This document shows positions 27,517 through 39,435 of a stretch of 64,000 nucleotides of DNA, in pieces; within the stretch, counting starts at the first letter, position 1; each line of letters opens with the position of its first letter. The notes beneath the pieces are model-generated. The model saw only the letters and a program-made list of their open reading frames with translations, was not told the origin of the DNA and searched no databases. Origin of the DNA: Pseudoalteromonas sp. (lineage in GTDB: Bacteria > Pseudomonadota > Gammaproteobacteria > Enterobacterales > Alteromonadaceae); the NCBI RefSeq assembly GCF_036960685.1, contig NZ_JBALXK010000003.1:244172-308171 (forward strand). Direction: 5' to 3'. The translations under genes and the position numbers were made by a program.

Positions 27517-30205
27517 GTGAGTAAGCAAAATGTACTGAGTTACTATCGCGATTGCTACAAAGAAGATAGCGCTGATCTAAACCTATGGGATTTGAGTAAA
27601 TTAAAAAAAACAAGACCGCCACGTACTTGAAGGAAGAGATGACTTAGGCTCGGGCTTTTTACCCAGATTGCCAATACCGCAACAATTTGCAGAGCCAATG
27701 ATGAAGCGTGTGGAGGTTTATAAACGTGAGCGTATTTTATTGTACGTACGGTTTTTATTGGTCGCAAAGCTTGAGATCAAAGGCGAGATCAAACAAGTTG
27801 TATCCCCGATTTTGTTTAACGAAGCTGTAATAGAAAAAGACAATGACGAGGACTATTATTTTTCGGTTGTCGACTCTCAAGCTGAAATTAATGAACCGCT
27901 TACTCAGCTATTAATGCCTGAAGCTGAACTTCTCGATGACACAGCAGATATACAATCAGCCTACTTTTGGACCTCATTACTTAAACAAAGCCCCGTTGAG
28001 TTAAATTTATTAACGCTTTTAAATTACCCTGAATTAGCCAATCTAGATGAAATTAAAACAGCTTTAAAAAGTAGCACAGCAACCTTGTTACCGGCATCAA
28101 TGTTGGTGTTTGTAGAACGCTCAGCCAGTAGTCGAGGTGTACTTCACGAGCTTGAAGAAATTACTGGCTCTAAAACGCTTTCACCACCAATTAACGCGTT
28201 AGTTGCAGGTGATGAGATGCCCAAAAGTACTAAAGAGTTAAAGTATGACTATTTACCAGGGTTATTATCAGCGCCGCAAAAGAAAGTCATTTCGATAGCT
28301 GCTAACGCCCATTTAGGCTGTGTATCAGGGCCGCCGGGGACAGGGAAAAGCTACACCATTGCCGCAGTTGCAGCAGAGCACATAGCGCGTGGTGAGTCAG
28401 TATTAATTGTTGCAAATAATGATCCTGCACTTGATGTGATCGCAGATAAACTGGATGAAAATTTTGCGTTAAGTGATGTATCAATTCGGGCTGGACAAAA
28501 AGAGTTCTTAAGAAAACTAAAAGATTATATTGCTGACTTATTATCTGGTTATTTAACAGATGAGCAGGAAAAATCCCCAGCTATTTTTGAGTCAGAGCTA
28601 AGAGCACAAAACGCACTACTGCATGATTTAGAGCAACGTTTTGATAAGTTTTGTCGTAACGCGATAATCCGAGGACAACGGCTTAAAAAGCTTGAAGATA
28701 AAAACATTCAATGGTTAAGCAACTTATACCTCAAGTGGGCTCAGCGCAGCATTAAAAAATTAGCCAAACAGTGGTCAGCCTTAGATCAAATTAATGAGCA
28801 ACAAACAAAAAGAGAGATGCTGGCTAGCCGCTATTTAACCGCGTTAAAGAATAATAATTTGCGGGCATTAGTTAAAACTGAACGTAAATCGTTACAGGCA
28901 TTTAATCAGGCTATTCGTAGCCGTACTTCTAAAAGGCAGTTTGAGTTATTTGATAATATAGAATACCCATCATTGCTAGCGGCATTTCCGGTGTGGTTAG
29001 TGAGTTTAAATTCGTTATATCGAGTATTGCCCTTAAAGCCGCAAATGTTTGATTTAGTTATTATCGATGAAGCAACGCAGTGCAATATTAGCAGTTGTTT
29101 ACCAGCTCTTTATCGGGCAAAGCGAGCGTTGGTGGTTGGAGATACTAAACAACTACGGCATTACTCCTTTTTAGCCAAATCTAAAGAGGCTCAGCTTCGT
29201 GCTAAAAATCACTTATCGCTCTCAAGTGAAGGGGTCGTTAGTTATCGTGATAACTCAATTTTAGATTTGACATTAAATGCGCTCAACAGCGATCAGCAAT
29301 TAGCCTTTTTAGATGAACATTTTAGAAGCAAACCTGAGTTAATTCATTTTAGTAACAGCTATTTTTATCAATCAAAATTAAAAGTAATGCAACACCGTCC
29401 CTGCACAAGTAGTGGCCACTTATTTATACAGCGTGTTAATGGGGTAAGAGATAAAAATGGCGTTAATCAACTTGAAGCAAGTGCCATAATAGCGTGTATT
29501 AAGCAGCAAATGAGTGATGATCGAGATAGCGGGGTGTATCACAGTATTGGTGTTGTTTCGCCATTTCGAAGTCAGGCCGATTTTATAGCCAAGCAAATAG
29601 ACAGCCACTTCAGTGAAACCGAAATAACTAATCACAAGCTCAGAGCTGCCACCCCTTTTGGGTTTCAGGGGGAAGAACGCGATATTATGCTGCTTTCTTT
29701 TGCCGTGGATAATGATGCAAAACGCGCGGCCGTTTATTTAAATAAAGCTGATGTTTTTAATGTGACGATAACGCGGGCAAGACAAGCACAGCATTTATTT
29801 TTATCTATTGATGAAACACAGCTACCAGAACACTATTTATTAAGGCGTTATTTAGGCTCGATAAACGAGTTTGCCGCTGCTCATAGTTATTTGTCTGATA
29901 TTGATAATTTTCAACGCGATGTTATACAAGAGCTGCTCAAATTACAGATAGAAACATGGCCGGGTTACTCTGTAGCAGGTACCGAGGTTGATATTTTGTG
30001 TCGTTACCAAGGCCACTACTTGGCAGTTGATCTAATTGGTTACCCGGGGCCTTGGGCTGAATTTTTTGAGTTAGATACTTATAAATTATTTAGCCGCGCT
30101 AATATAGAAATGCTACCCATAAGCTATGGTTTATGGGTCGTTGATAAAGACACCTGTCTACAAGCAATTGCAAGTAGGCTGAAAGTGAGCAGCAATAAGC
30201 CTTAA
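27517..30205 (+). CDS. SF1B (UPF1/DNA2-like) helicase with a C-terminal restriction-endonuclease-like domain; +1 frameshift in an A8 run near the 5' end
   Basis: GPPGTGKS, IIDEATQ, VGDTKQL, EHFRS, FQGEERD and NVTITRAR. GTG 27517 opens MSKQNVLSYYRDCYKE, which joins the 27668 frame if A8 at 27603-27610 is A7. Confidence 0.8.
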
Positions 30206-30217
30206 TATCGATTAGGC

Positions 30218-31981
30218 TTATTGCCTGCAGGTATCTTGAACTTCTTCTGTCTCAAACAAGTTTACTTCTGCACTTGATCGACTGACGCTGTTTTTTTGTA
30301 AGGCAATATACAGATCTGAGTGCACGTAGATGCCTTCTTTACCGGATGTCATACCGGCAACCTCAAACCATGATAGTAGTTGTCGCTTTCTGCCTGCGAT
30401 TTCTAACCTTATATTACGTTTTTTAAAGATCACGTCTAAATCTGCGAGCATCGCCATCACGCTTAAATCTAAATGAGTAAAGCAGGGCACAGCATCAATA
30501 ATAACGCATTGGGTGTCGTCTTTTTGCCGTGCATATTGTTCTAGTAAGCGTCGTTTAAAGTAACCGGCATTAAAGTAAGTTAACGGTGAATTAAAGCGAT
30601 AAATAAACACTCCTTGTACTGCTTTTGCTTTATCAGTGGCATCTAGGCTTCTTACGACCCCGTTAATATCAACACCTAATATAGTGTCTGTTGGGCGCAT
30701 TACAGTACGAATAAATTGAAATAAACCCAATAATACCGCGAGCGTAATGCCCGGTATTACGCCAATAAAAAGCACGGCAAATAAGGTTGCTAACGCAAGA
30801 TAAAAGGCGTGTTTATCTTTACGTTTTAATTGCCATACGGCTTTTAAGTCTAATAAGTGAATTGACGCAATTATTAGCACAACCCCTAATGCGGCACTGG
30901 GGATAAACTCAAGTGGCGCTGTTAAAAACAATGCAATAATGGCGATGATCCCTGCTGCAATAATAGAGACTAATTGCGTTTTACCGCCAGTCGCATCATT
31001 AACGGCAGTGCGCGAATCAGCGCCACTGACAGCAAAACCTTGCGATAAAGCAGAGGCAAAATTCGCAATACCTAAGGCTCTAAACTCTTTATCTGCATCG
31101 ATATCGTAGCCATTTTTAGCGGCAAAACTGCGGGCTGTAAGCATCATGCTAACAAAGCTAACGATTGCTAAATTAAGCGCTGGTACAACAAGTTCACGAA
31201 TAATACCGATATCATAAATAGGCGTGTTAAACACTGGCAGACCACCACTTACAGTGCCAATGGTATTGATATCAAACTGTTTTAAGTTGAAAAGCCACAC
31301 TAATAAGGCGCCAAATGCGATAGCAAACATAGATGCGGGCCAGTTCGGTTTAAGTCGTTTCATTGCAAAGTAAACAGCAACAGTGAATAAGGCCATCAAT
31401 AAGGTGGGGATATGGGTTTGTGCTAAGTAAGTGGGCACGCCACCGAGTCGTTCGAGTAAATATTTATTATCAAAAGTAAAACCAAATACTTTAGAAAATT
31501 GACTGACAATAATAGTGATCGCCACCCCGTTTAACAGGCCCATTAAGATTGGTTTAGATAAAAAGTCAGCCAGTACACCTAATTTAAATTTGCTGGCAAT
31601 TAAGCACCAAAAGCCAGTCATGGCGGTCATAGTAACAACGAGTTGCCAATGCTTGACAGTGTCGCCTGCTGCAAGGGGAGTGACTACCGCAGCTATAACG
31701 GCGCAGGTTGCGGCATCAGGGCCAACAATGAGTTGTTTGGAGCTGCCAAACAGAGCATATAGGATCATCGGTAGTATGCATGAGTACAAGCCAACGGCGG
31801 CATTTACCCCGGTAAGTTGTGCATAGGCAATAGCAACCGGCAAAGCAACAGCGGCAACAGATAGTGCGGCTCTGGCATCATCAGCAAACCACTTTCGTTC
31901 ATAATGAAATAAAGTGTTTAAACCCGGCATAAAATCATACAAACGCGACAGCACACTTGTTTCCTTGTTGGTTGTGAGCAC
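30218..31981 (-). CDS. SulP-family anion permease with a STAS domain
   Basis: PVAIAYAQL, GLYSCILP, IVGPDA, SGADSRT and C-terminal RFNSPLTYFNA. The start may be at 31930. Confidence 0.92.
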   Translation of the reverse strand: MLTTNKETSVLSRLYDFMPGLNTLFHYERKWFADDARAALSVAAVALPVAIAYAQLTGVNAAVGLYSCILPMILYALFGSSKQLIVGPDAATCAVIAAVVTPLAAGDTVKHWQLVVTMTAMTGFWCLIASKFKLGVLADFLSKPILMGLLNGVAITIIVSQFSKVFGFTFDNKYLLERLGGVPTYLAQTHIPTLLMALFTVAVYFAMKRLKPNWPASMFAIAFGALLVWLFNLKQFDINTIGTVSGGLPVFNTPIYDIGIIRELVVPALNLAIVSFVSMMLTARSFAAKNGYDIDADKEFRALGIANFASALSQGFAVSGADSRTAVNDATGGKTQLVSIIAAGIIAIIALFLTAPLEFIPSAALGVVLIIASIHLLDLKAVWQLKRKDKHAFYLALATLFAVLFIGVIPGITLAVLLGLFQFIRTVMRPTDTILGVDINGVVRSLDATDKAKAVQGVFIYRFNSPLTYFNAGYFKRRLLEQYARQKDDTQCVIIDAVPCFTHLDLSVMAMLADLDVIFKKRNIRLEIAGRKRQLLSWFEVAGMTSGKEGIYVHSDLYIALQKNSVSRSSAEVNLFETEEVQDTCRQ

Positions 31982-32042
31982 TGGGATAGTATAGCTACCC
32001 CTTTGTTATTTCGATAGATACAAAGGGGAGTGGAGATGTTAT

Positions 32043-32697
32043 TTAGCTTGCAAGCTGCTGGTGAATATTGCTAACTAACTCTTTTGGTAAACAAAGTTGA
32101 TTGGCAAGTGCTGCCAAATATTGTTCTGACACGGATTGTTGCAAATCAATAGCACTGGCACTGGCGGCGTATACTTCGATACCTGTTTGCGCATCTGGTA
32201 CGGCTTGCACTAGCTCTGCAAGCTGCATTGGTTTGCGCAATTCATCAAACAACATGGCTTTTTCTTGCATTGAAAGCTGCATATTCTCAACAGCAGCAAA
32301 TATTTTTTGTCGCTCTGTTTCGTCTATATGGCCATCAGCATATGCCGCAGCAATCATTGCCCGCATTAAAATTAGTTGGCCCGCTCCACTCTCATCTTCT
32401 ACAACTTGCTGAAAAGACTGCTCTGGCATTGTTTCTGGGGCATAATCAAAACTACTCGTTTGTTTAGTCGTTTGACTTTGTGTGCTGTTAGTTTGTGCTG
32501 AGTATTGTTTGTAAGCCTTCCACGCTAAGCCGCCAACAGCTGCAAGTGCGCCATATTTTATGGCTTTTTTTACCGGTTTTTTTACTGCCTTTACCGCTCA
32601 CTAAGCTGGTTAAGCCGCCCCCAGCTACACCACCCAAAAAGCCACTTAATGCACCTGATTTATTTAGACTGCCTACTAATTTTTGTAAGTCTTCCAT
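32043..32697 (-). CDS. DUF533 (YebE/TerB-like) protein split by a +1 frameshift in a homopolymer
   Basis: Removing one T from T7 at 32565-32571 gives ...GKKAIKYGALAAVGGLAWKAYKQY...MPEQSFQ...RAMIAAAYADGHID..E in one frame. Confidence 0.85.
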
Positions 32698-32815
32698 TAT
32701 TGTCTCCTATTTGCACTTGTTCCCAGAATATGTGAAAAGTGATGTAAATAAAACCAGATCTTTGTTACTCACTATTTATACGTAGCGCGCTTTATCATTT
32801 GTGGCAGTTGTCTTA

Positions 32816-33406
32816 TTACATACTAAACAATACCGAGATGATTAATAGCAAAGCCATTGTGATATTGAATAGCCGCAGACGACGTGGGTCGTTTAAATAG
32901 TTTTGTAGCTTTTGACCAAGCAGTGTCCATGAGCTTACACAAGGCAAGTTTATTAAACCAAAAACTAAACCAACAAGGAGTATTGCATTGAACGTTTTTG
33001 ATGGTGCGTAAATACTTATGGCACTTAATGCCATGGTCCACGCTTTAGGATTTACCCATTGAAATAATGCTGCTTGTACAAACGTAAAAGGTTTAGTTTC
33101 ATCCTTACAACTGCTATCCGGAGCATTGCTGGTGGCAATTTTATAGGCAAGGTAAAACAAATAGCTGACGCACAGCACTTTGAGTACTTGATAGCTAATT
33201 GGAAATAAATCAAATAATTGCATTACCCCAAGACCAACGAGCACCAACATCAATACAAATCCCAGTGCAACGCCCAACATATGCGGTACTGTGCGCTTAA
33301 AGCCGAAGTTAGCCCCCGAGCTCATTAACATAAAGTTGTTAGGGCCCGGAGTGATGGAAGAAACCAGTGCAAATAATGCCAGTGCTGATAATAGTTCAAT
33401 ATTCAT
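32816..33406 (-). CDS. LysE-family translocator
   Basis: ITPGPNN, SGANFG and LFQWVNPKAW motifs. Confidence 0.92.
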   Translation of the reverse strand: MNIELLSALALFALVSSITPGPNNFMLMSSGANFGFKRTVPHMLGVALGFVLMLVLVGLGVMQLFDLFPISYQVLKVLCVSYLFYLAYKIATSNAPDSSCKDETKPFTFVQAALFQWVNPKAWTMALSAISIYAPSKTFNAILLVGLVFGLINLPCVSSWTLLGQKLQNYLNDPRRLRLFNITMALLLIISVLFSM

Positions 33407-33506
33407 TAATAGTTGCTCAGAGGATGATTGTTATGCAATTATATTTTTATTCTCGCGCAACTTTCGCGCTAACTCCGTTTTAAATTATTTATTTTGGCAA
33501 CTTACC

Positions 33507-33956
33507 ATGAAAAAAGATCGAATTAACGACAGAATATTGCAAGAGTTAAAAGTCAATGGCCGCATAGCGAACGCAGAACTTGCTGAACACGTTGGTTTAT
33601 CACCGTCAGCTTGCTTGCGCCGTGTACAAGAATTAGAAAAAGCAGACGTGATAAAAGGCTATCGCGCCGTTATTAATAATCAAGCATTTGGCTTAGGGTT
33701 TGTCGCTTATGTAGGTGTGGGCTTAAATGAACACTCCACGAAATCGCAACGTGCATTTGAACAAGCGCTGGAATTTATAGATGAAGTAAAAGAGTGCCAC
33801 AACGTGACAGGTTCATTTGAATATTTGTTACGAGTAGAGACGGCCGATATAAAATCTTATAAAGCGTTTCACGCTGATGTATTAGGAGCAATACCGCAAG
33901 TGCGAACTATTACCTCCCATATAGTAATGGATTCGCCAAAAGATGAGCGAGCATAA
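33507..33956 (+). CDS. Lrp/AsnC-family regulator, divergent from LysE
   Basis: MKKDRINDRILQEL, ELAEHVGLSPSACLRRV and ECHNVTG..EYLLRV. The real start is ATG 33507; the track extension to 33291 overlaps LysE. Confidence 0.92.
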   Translation: MKKDRINDRILQELKVNGRIANAELAEHVGLSPSACLRRVQELEKADVIKGYRAVINNQAFGLGFVAYVGVGLNEHSTKSQRAFEQALEFIDEVKECHNVTGSFEYLLRVETADIKSYKAFHADVLGAIPQVRTITSHIVMDSPKDERA

Positions 33957-34302
33957 GTTTATTTATCACGCTTATTGCTGATTTACAGTAGGTACAAAAC
34001 CCGTACAATACGAGACATGAGAGAAGGGTAATGTGCTTGGTGCCCGAATCATTTTATAGTTAACCTTTAAGGCAGATATCTTTAGATTTTTTATAATTGA
34101 AGTTTGCCATTCAATTTTTAAAAACATCAACTTCTATACGTTTGTCTTATATCTACAATATGTTTATATGCTAAACATAGTTCAAGATTAGATTCTTAAT
34201 TCAAAGAACTACTTTTATTGTGATTGCCAGTATGATTTCGATTAATAAGCTCTCGATGTATCAATACCATTGAGCTTTGACATTGCTACACGAGGGGAAA
34301 AA

Positions 34303-35970
34303 ATGAGTAATTTAAGTCTTAAACACAAACTACTGTTATTAGCTATATTGCCGCTTACGCTGCTGTTAATTAGTTTAATGGCCAGCTCATACTATTTAGA
34401 ATATCAAAATCAACAGCAAAACTTTGTATCATTTAAAACTAAATTAATTGCTGATAAAGAAAGCCTGTTAGCGACTGAGGTTGACATAGGCCGACAAATA
34501 ATTAGTTATGAATTATCTAAAGGAAGCAAAGAAGATGCAAAAAAAGCGTTGCGCGATCTTACTTTTGGTCAAGATGGTTACTTTTTTATCTATGATACAA
34601 AAGGCATTAGTATTTTCCATGCGCTTTTGGGAGATGCAATTGAAGGGCAAAATAAAATAGCCATGACAGACCCCAATGGCAAAAAAATAGTTGTAGGGTT
34701 GCTTGAACAAGCAAGACAAGGTGGTGGTGCTTTTTATTATGATTTTCAAAAGCCTAATACAACTGGTTTAGTTGAGAAAATGGGTTATGCAATGATGGTT
34801 CCTGGTACAGATTGGATGTTAGGAACAGGTGCTTATATGGATGATATTGAAGCCGAGTTAACAAAATATCAAGCCACAATACAAGCGCACATGAATGAAA
34901 AAGTAACTACCCTGTTATTAATTGCATTATTTTGGCTGGTATTGACCGTGTTCTGTGCCTTGATCGCGGCTAACAATATGATAAAACCTATCCAAAATAT
35001 GGTGCAAAACTTAGATGATATTGCAAAAGGCGAAGGTGATTTAACTAAGCGCTTAGAGGTGCATAGTAACGATGAAATTGGTCAACTAGGTAATTCCTTT
35101 AATGTGTTTGTGAGTAAACTACATAGCATTATTGCCAATGTGGCAGACGTAACTCGCGATGTAAAAGACTCATCAAATAATATTAATACACAAACTCAGT
35201 TAATTGAAAATCAATTACTAAACCACAATCACGAAACTGAACTAGTGGCTACCGCAATCACTGAAATGTCTGCAACCTCTCAGGAAGTTGCCCAGAATAC
35301 TACGCAAGTGGCGGTTTCGACTCAGTCTGCCACACAAGACGTTGCCAATGCCCAGCAGTGTGTTGATATCTCTTTAGAGGAAGTGTCAAACTTAATGAGT
35401 GAGATCAATCAAGCAGCTGAACAAGTTAATTCATTAAGTGAACAATCTAAAAAAATTAACAGCGTACTTAGTGTTATTGGTGGTATTGCAGAGCAAACGA
35501 ACTTACTAGCCCTAAATGCAGCTATTGAAGCGGCAAGGGCTGGCGAGCAAGGCCGTGGTTTTGCGGTTGTTGCTGATGAAGTGAGAAGTTTAGCCAGTCG
35601 TACACAAGAAAGCACGTTAGAGATTAATGAAATGCTGAATGAGTTACACACTTTGGTTACAGCCGCGGTAAAGGCAATGTTAGCAAGTCAGCAGAGTTGT
35701 AACCGTTCAGTTGAGTCATCTCGCGCAATTTCTGAAAGTTTAGGTGCGGTCACCAGCTCTGTAACGACAATTAATGATATGAGCACACAAATAGCCACCG
35801 CTGCCACAGAGCAAAGTAGTGTTACAGAGGAAATTAATCGTAACGTATTTGCAATTCAAGAGATTGTGAACGAGCTTACTCGTTCAATTAAAACTACTTC
35901 ATCAGTAAGTCACCACTTAGCTGACCGAGGCGAGAGCTTAGGTGACTTAGTTGGACAGTTTAAAATTTAA
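34303..35970 (+). CDS. Methyl-accepting chemotaxis protein with a Cache sensor domain
   Basis: TM-Cache ([21 protein letters not shown])-TM-HAMP and signalling hairpin [34 protein letters not shown]. Confidence 0.95.
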   Translation: MSNLSLKHKLLLLAILPLTLLLISLMASSYYLEYQNQQQNFVSFKTKLIADKESLLATEVDIGRQIISYELSKGSKEDAKKALRDLTFGQDGYFFIYDTKGISIFHALLGDAIEGQNKIAMTDPNGKKIVVGLLEQARQGGGAFYYDFQKPNTTGLVEKMGYAMMVPGTDWMLGTGAYMDDIEAELTKYQATIQAHMNEKVTTLLLIALFWLVLTVFCALIAANNMIKPIQNMVQNLDDIAKGEGDLTKRLEVHSNDEIGQLGNSFNVFVSKLHSIIANVADVTRDVKDSSNNINTQTQLIENQLLNHNHETELVATAITEMSATSQEVAQNTTQVAVSTQSATQDVANAQQCVDISLEEVSNLMSEINQAAEQVNSLSEQSKKINSVLSVIGGIAEQTNLLALNAAIEAARAGEQGRGFAVVADEVRSLASRTQESTLEINEMLNELHTLVTAAVKAMLASQQSCNRSVESSRAISESLGAVTSSVTTINDMSTQIATAATEQSSVTEEINRNVFAIQEIVNELTRSIKTTSSVSHHLADRGESLGDLVGQFKI

Positions 35971-35998
35971 TATACTGCTGATGCTAAAGTTTACATTT

Positions 35999-36032
35999 TA
36001 AAGGTCAGGCTTTATAAAGTCTGACCTTTTTT
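35999..36032 (+). terminator. Terminator of the MCP gene
   Basis: aaaaggtcaggctt / aagtctgacctttt, then a T-run. Confidence 0.75.
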
Positions 36033-36142
36033 GATGGTTTAGAGGTTTGGTTAATAATAACTGTACTGAGCATTGTATTGTCATTGTTGATTAATGGTCT
36101 GTTACATATACTCAAGCTATCTTGTTTTTATTGGAGAAGTGT

Positions 36143-37099
36143 ATGCTGAGATTTTTTTCTATCGAGCAGGGAGTGATCAATGAGTTAGAGCCTTCTGCTG
36201 ATACTCCTCTAGAGACATCAATAAAAAACGCACATTGGATTGACACAATCAAACCCACTGAAGATGAGCGTAATATCCTGGCAAAAACACTCGACATAAC
36301 GTTTCCTGAGTCTGGAGATGTTCAGGAGATTGAGGCTTCATCGCGATGCTTTATCGACAATGAAGGCTTGCATGTACATGCATTATTTATGTCGCCAAAC
36401 GAAGGGCGTTTTAATACGGTTACAGTGGCATGTTTACTTAAAGATAACTGTTTACTGACTATTCGCGATGATGAGCTCGCTGACTTTCGACTATTACGTT
36501 TAAGAGCGCGTAAAGGTCAGGTAGTGTGTGATACACCAAAGCAATTACTGGTTACGTTATTTGACCAAAAAGTCGAAAACCACGCCGATATGCTTGAGGA
36601 TATGCATCATCAGTTAGAGAAGCTCAGTGCTTATGTACTGGAAGAAGATGATTCTGATTTAGAAGAAGCGGTCAGTCGTATCGCACGTTTAGAAGATGCC
36701 AATGGTAAAGTACGGTTATGTTTGATGGACACTCGGCGCAATATTTCATTTTTGATACGCCGATTAGGTGTCCAAGGTGAGGATCGCGAGTCATTAAGAG
36801 AAATCGTACTTGATATAGATACTCTAATGTCACACTGTACCTTTTTGTTTGATAAAGTTAATTTCCTTATGGATTCCACCCAAGGCTTTATTAATATTGA
36901 ACAAAACCAAATAATTAAAACTTTCTCAATTGCTTCAGTCGTGTTTTTACCGCCTACTGTGGTGGCCAGTGTTTATGGTATGAATTTTAATAGCATGCCA
37001 GAGCTTGAGTGGGCGTGGGGGTATCCGTTTGCGATTGGGGTGATGCTGCTATCTGGATTTGCACCTTACTTGTTTTTTAAACACAAGGGTTGGTTGTAG
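36143..37099 (+). CDS. corA: CorA magnesium/cobalt transporter
   Basis: EIEASSR and FLPPT.VASVYGMNF signature, two C-terminal TMs. Confidence 0.93.
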   Translation: MLRFFSIEQGVINELEPSADTPLETSIKNAHWIDTIKPTEDERNILAKTLDITFPESGDVQEIEASSRCFIDNEGLHVHALFMSPNEGRFNTVTVACLLKDNCLLTIRDDELADFRLLRLRARKGQVVCDTPKQLLVTLFDQKVENHADMLEDMHHQLEKLSAYVLEEDDSDLEEAVSRIARLEDANGKVRLCLMDTRRNISFLIRRLGVQGEDRESLREIVLDIDTLMSHCTFLFDKVNFLMDSTQGFINIEQNQIIKTFSIASVVFLPPTVVASVYGMNFNSMPELEWAWGYPFAIGVMLLSGFAPYLFFKHKGWL

Positions 37100-37156
37100 T
37101 GCTCAGTTTATGTGACTTTAGTTTTGTTTGTGATCACCACCGCACTTAAAATAATA

Positions 37157-37191
37157 CTATAGCCCAAGCAACTAAGTTACTTGGGCTATAG
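37157..37191. terminator. Hairpin between convergent corA and dps
   Basis: 12-bp inverted repeat ctatagcccaag / cttgggctatag. Confidence 0.65.
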
Positions 37192-37210
37192 CTAGTGTGG
37201 TTACAGTATA

Positions 37211-37723
37211 TTAGCTTTGTAATTCACCAGTAGATGATTCTATGTGGGCACGTACAAACCACTGAAACTGCTCAAGTTCAGCCAGTTGTGCGATGATCAT
37301 ATCTTCTGATACTGGGTCAAGTTCAGACAGTTTTTCAAGTGCTTTGCGGTGATCGCCATTAACCCCGTTATATACTTTATCTAAAGCAATTAAATGATCT
37401 TTTGCTAATCCCTTACCAATTGAATAATCGTGCCATGAACGGCGATCAACAATCGATTTCGGTGTTCCTACTGGCACACCACCGAGCGTTGCAATTCGCT
37501 CTGCGATAGTATCGGTCATTTCCTGTACTGCTGCCACTTGTGGGTCGAGCATTTCATGGACGCCAATAAAATTAGGGCCAACCACATTCCAATGAATGTG
37601 TTTTAAAGTAAGTTGTAAATCAATTAGCGCTACCATGCGGTTGTCGAGTTGTGCAATTGTTTGCTCCGCAGATTCACTATTCATGCCTGGGGCGGTAAAT
37701 TCAGCGACTTTACTATTACTCAT
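37211..37723 (-). CDS. dps: Dps DNA-protection/ferritin-like protein
   Basis: KHIHWNVVGPNFIGVHEMLD, DTIAERIATLGG and WFVRAH. Confidence 0.93.
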   Translation of the reverse strand: MSNSKVAEFTAPGMNSESAEQTIAQLDNRMVALIDLQLTLKHIHWNVVGPNFIGVHEMLDPQVAAVQEMTDTIAERIATLGGVPVGTPKSIVDRRSWHDYSIGKGLAKDHLIALDKVYNGVNGDHRKALEKLSELDPVSEDMIIAQLAELEQFQWFVRAHIESSTGELQS

Positions 37724-38060
37724 ACTTCCTCCTAGATTAAAAACTGGACGCTTAGAGTTAATGAAATTCTAAGCGTGTATGTAATTAATAAAGCAATGGC
37801 TATGCCGAGATGTGTATCGGCTTAATTCTTGTTATTTATCAGTATTTTAATTTTTTTATTTTGATATGAGCAAGCGTTTATCACAACGCTGATATGAAAA
37901 TAGTGCAGGGCTTTGTAAATTATTCGCAGCGGAAATCGCCACTAGTGAATAAGTGTAAAATATGACAATTGCGTGAATTTACTGCTCGGCGCCATTTTTG
38001 TTGCTCGTTTTAATTTATGATGTTGGCAAATTTAGTCAGTCATTATAAATAGAGCAGATT

Positions 38061-39428
38061 ATGGTTAGCAGAAGACAGTTTTTATTTAGTGCGGGAACAC
38101 TCGCGTTTGTTGGCCTATCACGTAGTGCGTTTGGTAAAGTGCCAGTCACTGATTTAGGTAGTAATTTACCTGCGTATGGGCCTTTAATCGCCGATATTAA
38201 CACGTTATTAGACTTACCAGAGGGCTTTAGTTACAAGGTTATTTCTCAGCTCGGTGATAAAATGTCTGATGGCTTTACTGTACCAGATAAAGCCGATGGT
38301 ATGGGCTGTATCGCCCTTGATGATGAACGTGTCGTCTTGGTGCGTAACCATGAATTAAAACCCACTGATTTAGCAAAAGCTCACGCAAGTATTCAAGCCC
38401 ATAAAACACCACTCGCTTATGATGTTGATAATAAAGGTGTTGCTTTACCAGGTGGCACTAGCCATATCGTATACAATTTAAAGACTGGTAAAAAAGAACA
38501 AGAGTATTTGTCACTGGTTGGCACTATTCGTAATTGTTCTGGTGGTGTGACCCCTTGGGGAACTTGGCTGACATGTGAAGAAACAACGCAAACGAAAGCG
38601 GATGGCTTGGGGCAAGATCACGGCTATATATTTGAAGTACCAGCAGACGCCACAGGTTTGGTTAAGCCTCAGCCGTTAAAAGCTATGGGGCGCTTTAACC
38701 ATGAAGCTGCCGCGATTGATCCCAAAACGGGGATTGTTTACCTTACAGAAGATAAAGGCGATAGCTTGTTTTATCGCTTTATTCCCAATGAGGTTGGTAA
38801 ATTAAATAAAGGCGGGAAATTACAAGCGATGGTTATCAAGCAACAACCACAATTTGATACGCGAAATTGGGCTGGTGCGAAAATGCCATTACACGCCAAT
38901 ATGGATGTAGAGTGGATTGATTTAGATAACCCTGAAAGCCCTAAAGATGATCTGCGTTTACGTGGTCATGCTAATGGCGCTGCATTATTTGCTCGTGGTG
39001 AAGGAATACATTGGGGCGAAAAGGAATTGTACTTCTGTTGTACAAATGGCGGTAAAAAACAACTTGGCCAAGTAATGAAGTATCAACCATCACAGTTTGA
39101 AGGAACAGCAAAAGAGCAGACTTCGCCAGGACAAGTACAGTTATTTGTAGAAAGTACCGATGCATCGCTGTTTAACTTTGGGGATAACCTGACCGTTGCA
39201 CCTAACGGCCATTTAATTGTCTGTGAAGACCAATACACAGACATCGTTGATAACCATTTACGTGGTGTTACGCCTAAAGGCGAAGTGTATAACTTCGCAA
39301 AGCTACAAACACAAACAGAGTTAGCAGGCGCATGTTTTTCACCCGATGGCAGCACGTTATTTGTTAATATTTACAAACCCACCAAAACACTTGCTATCAC
39401 AGGACCATGGGATAGTTTTCAGCGATAA
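38061..39428 (+). CDS. phoX: Tat-exported PhoX-family (DUF839) alkaline phosphatase
   Basis: SRRQFL Tat motif; RNHE, NCSGG.TPWGTWLTCEE, GRFNHEA, YLTED, GEG, DNL, CED and ELAGACFSPDG. Confidence 0.9.
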   Translation: MVSRRQFLFSAGTLAFVGLSRSAFGKVPVTDLGSNLPAYGPLIADINTLLDLPEGFSYKVISQLGDKMSDGFTVPDKADGMGCIALDDERVVLVRNHELKPTDLAKAHASIQAHKTPLAYDVDNKGVALPGGTSHIVYNLKTGKKEQEYLSLVGTIRNCSGGVTPWGTWLTCEETTQTKADGLGQDHGYIFEVPADATGLVKPQPLKAMGRFNHEAAAIDPKTGIVYLTEDKGDSLFYRFIPNEVGKLNKGGKLQAMVIKQQPQFDTRNWAGAKMPLHANMDVEWIDLDNPESPKDDLRLRGHANGAALFARGEGIHWGEKELYFCCTNGGKKQLGQVMKYQPSQFEGTAKEQTSPGQVQLFVESTDASLFNFGDNLTVAPNGHLIVCEDQYTDIVDNHLRGVTPKGEVYNFAKLQTQTELAGACFSPDGSTLFVNIYKPTKTLAITGPWDSFQR

Positions 39429-39435
39429 AATAGGC

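Noticed and set aside
33291-33506. N-terminal extension of the Lrp regulator in the track
   Set aside because: It overlaps the divergent LysE gene; Lrp similarity begins at ATG 33507.
37962-37979. Pho box upstream of phoX
   Set aside because: It reads AATTCAC-GCAA-TTGTCAT only on the opposite strand and one half is weak, so it is plausible but unsupported.
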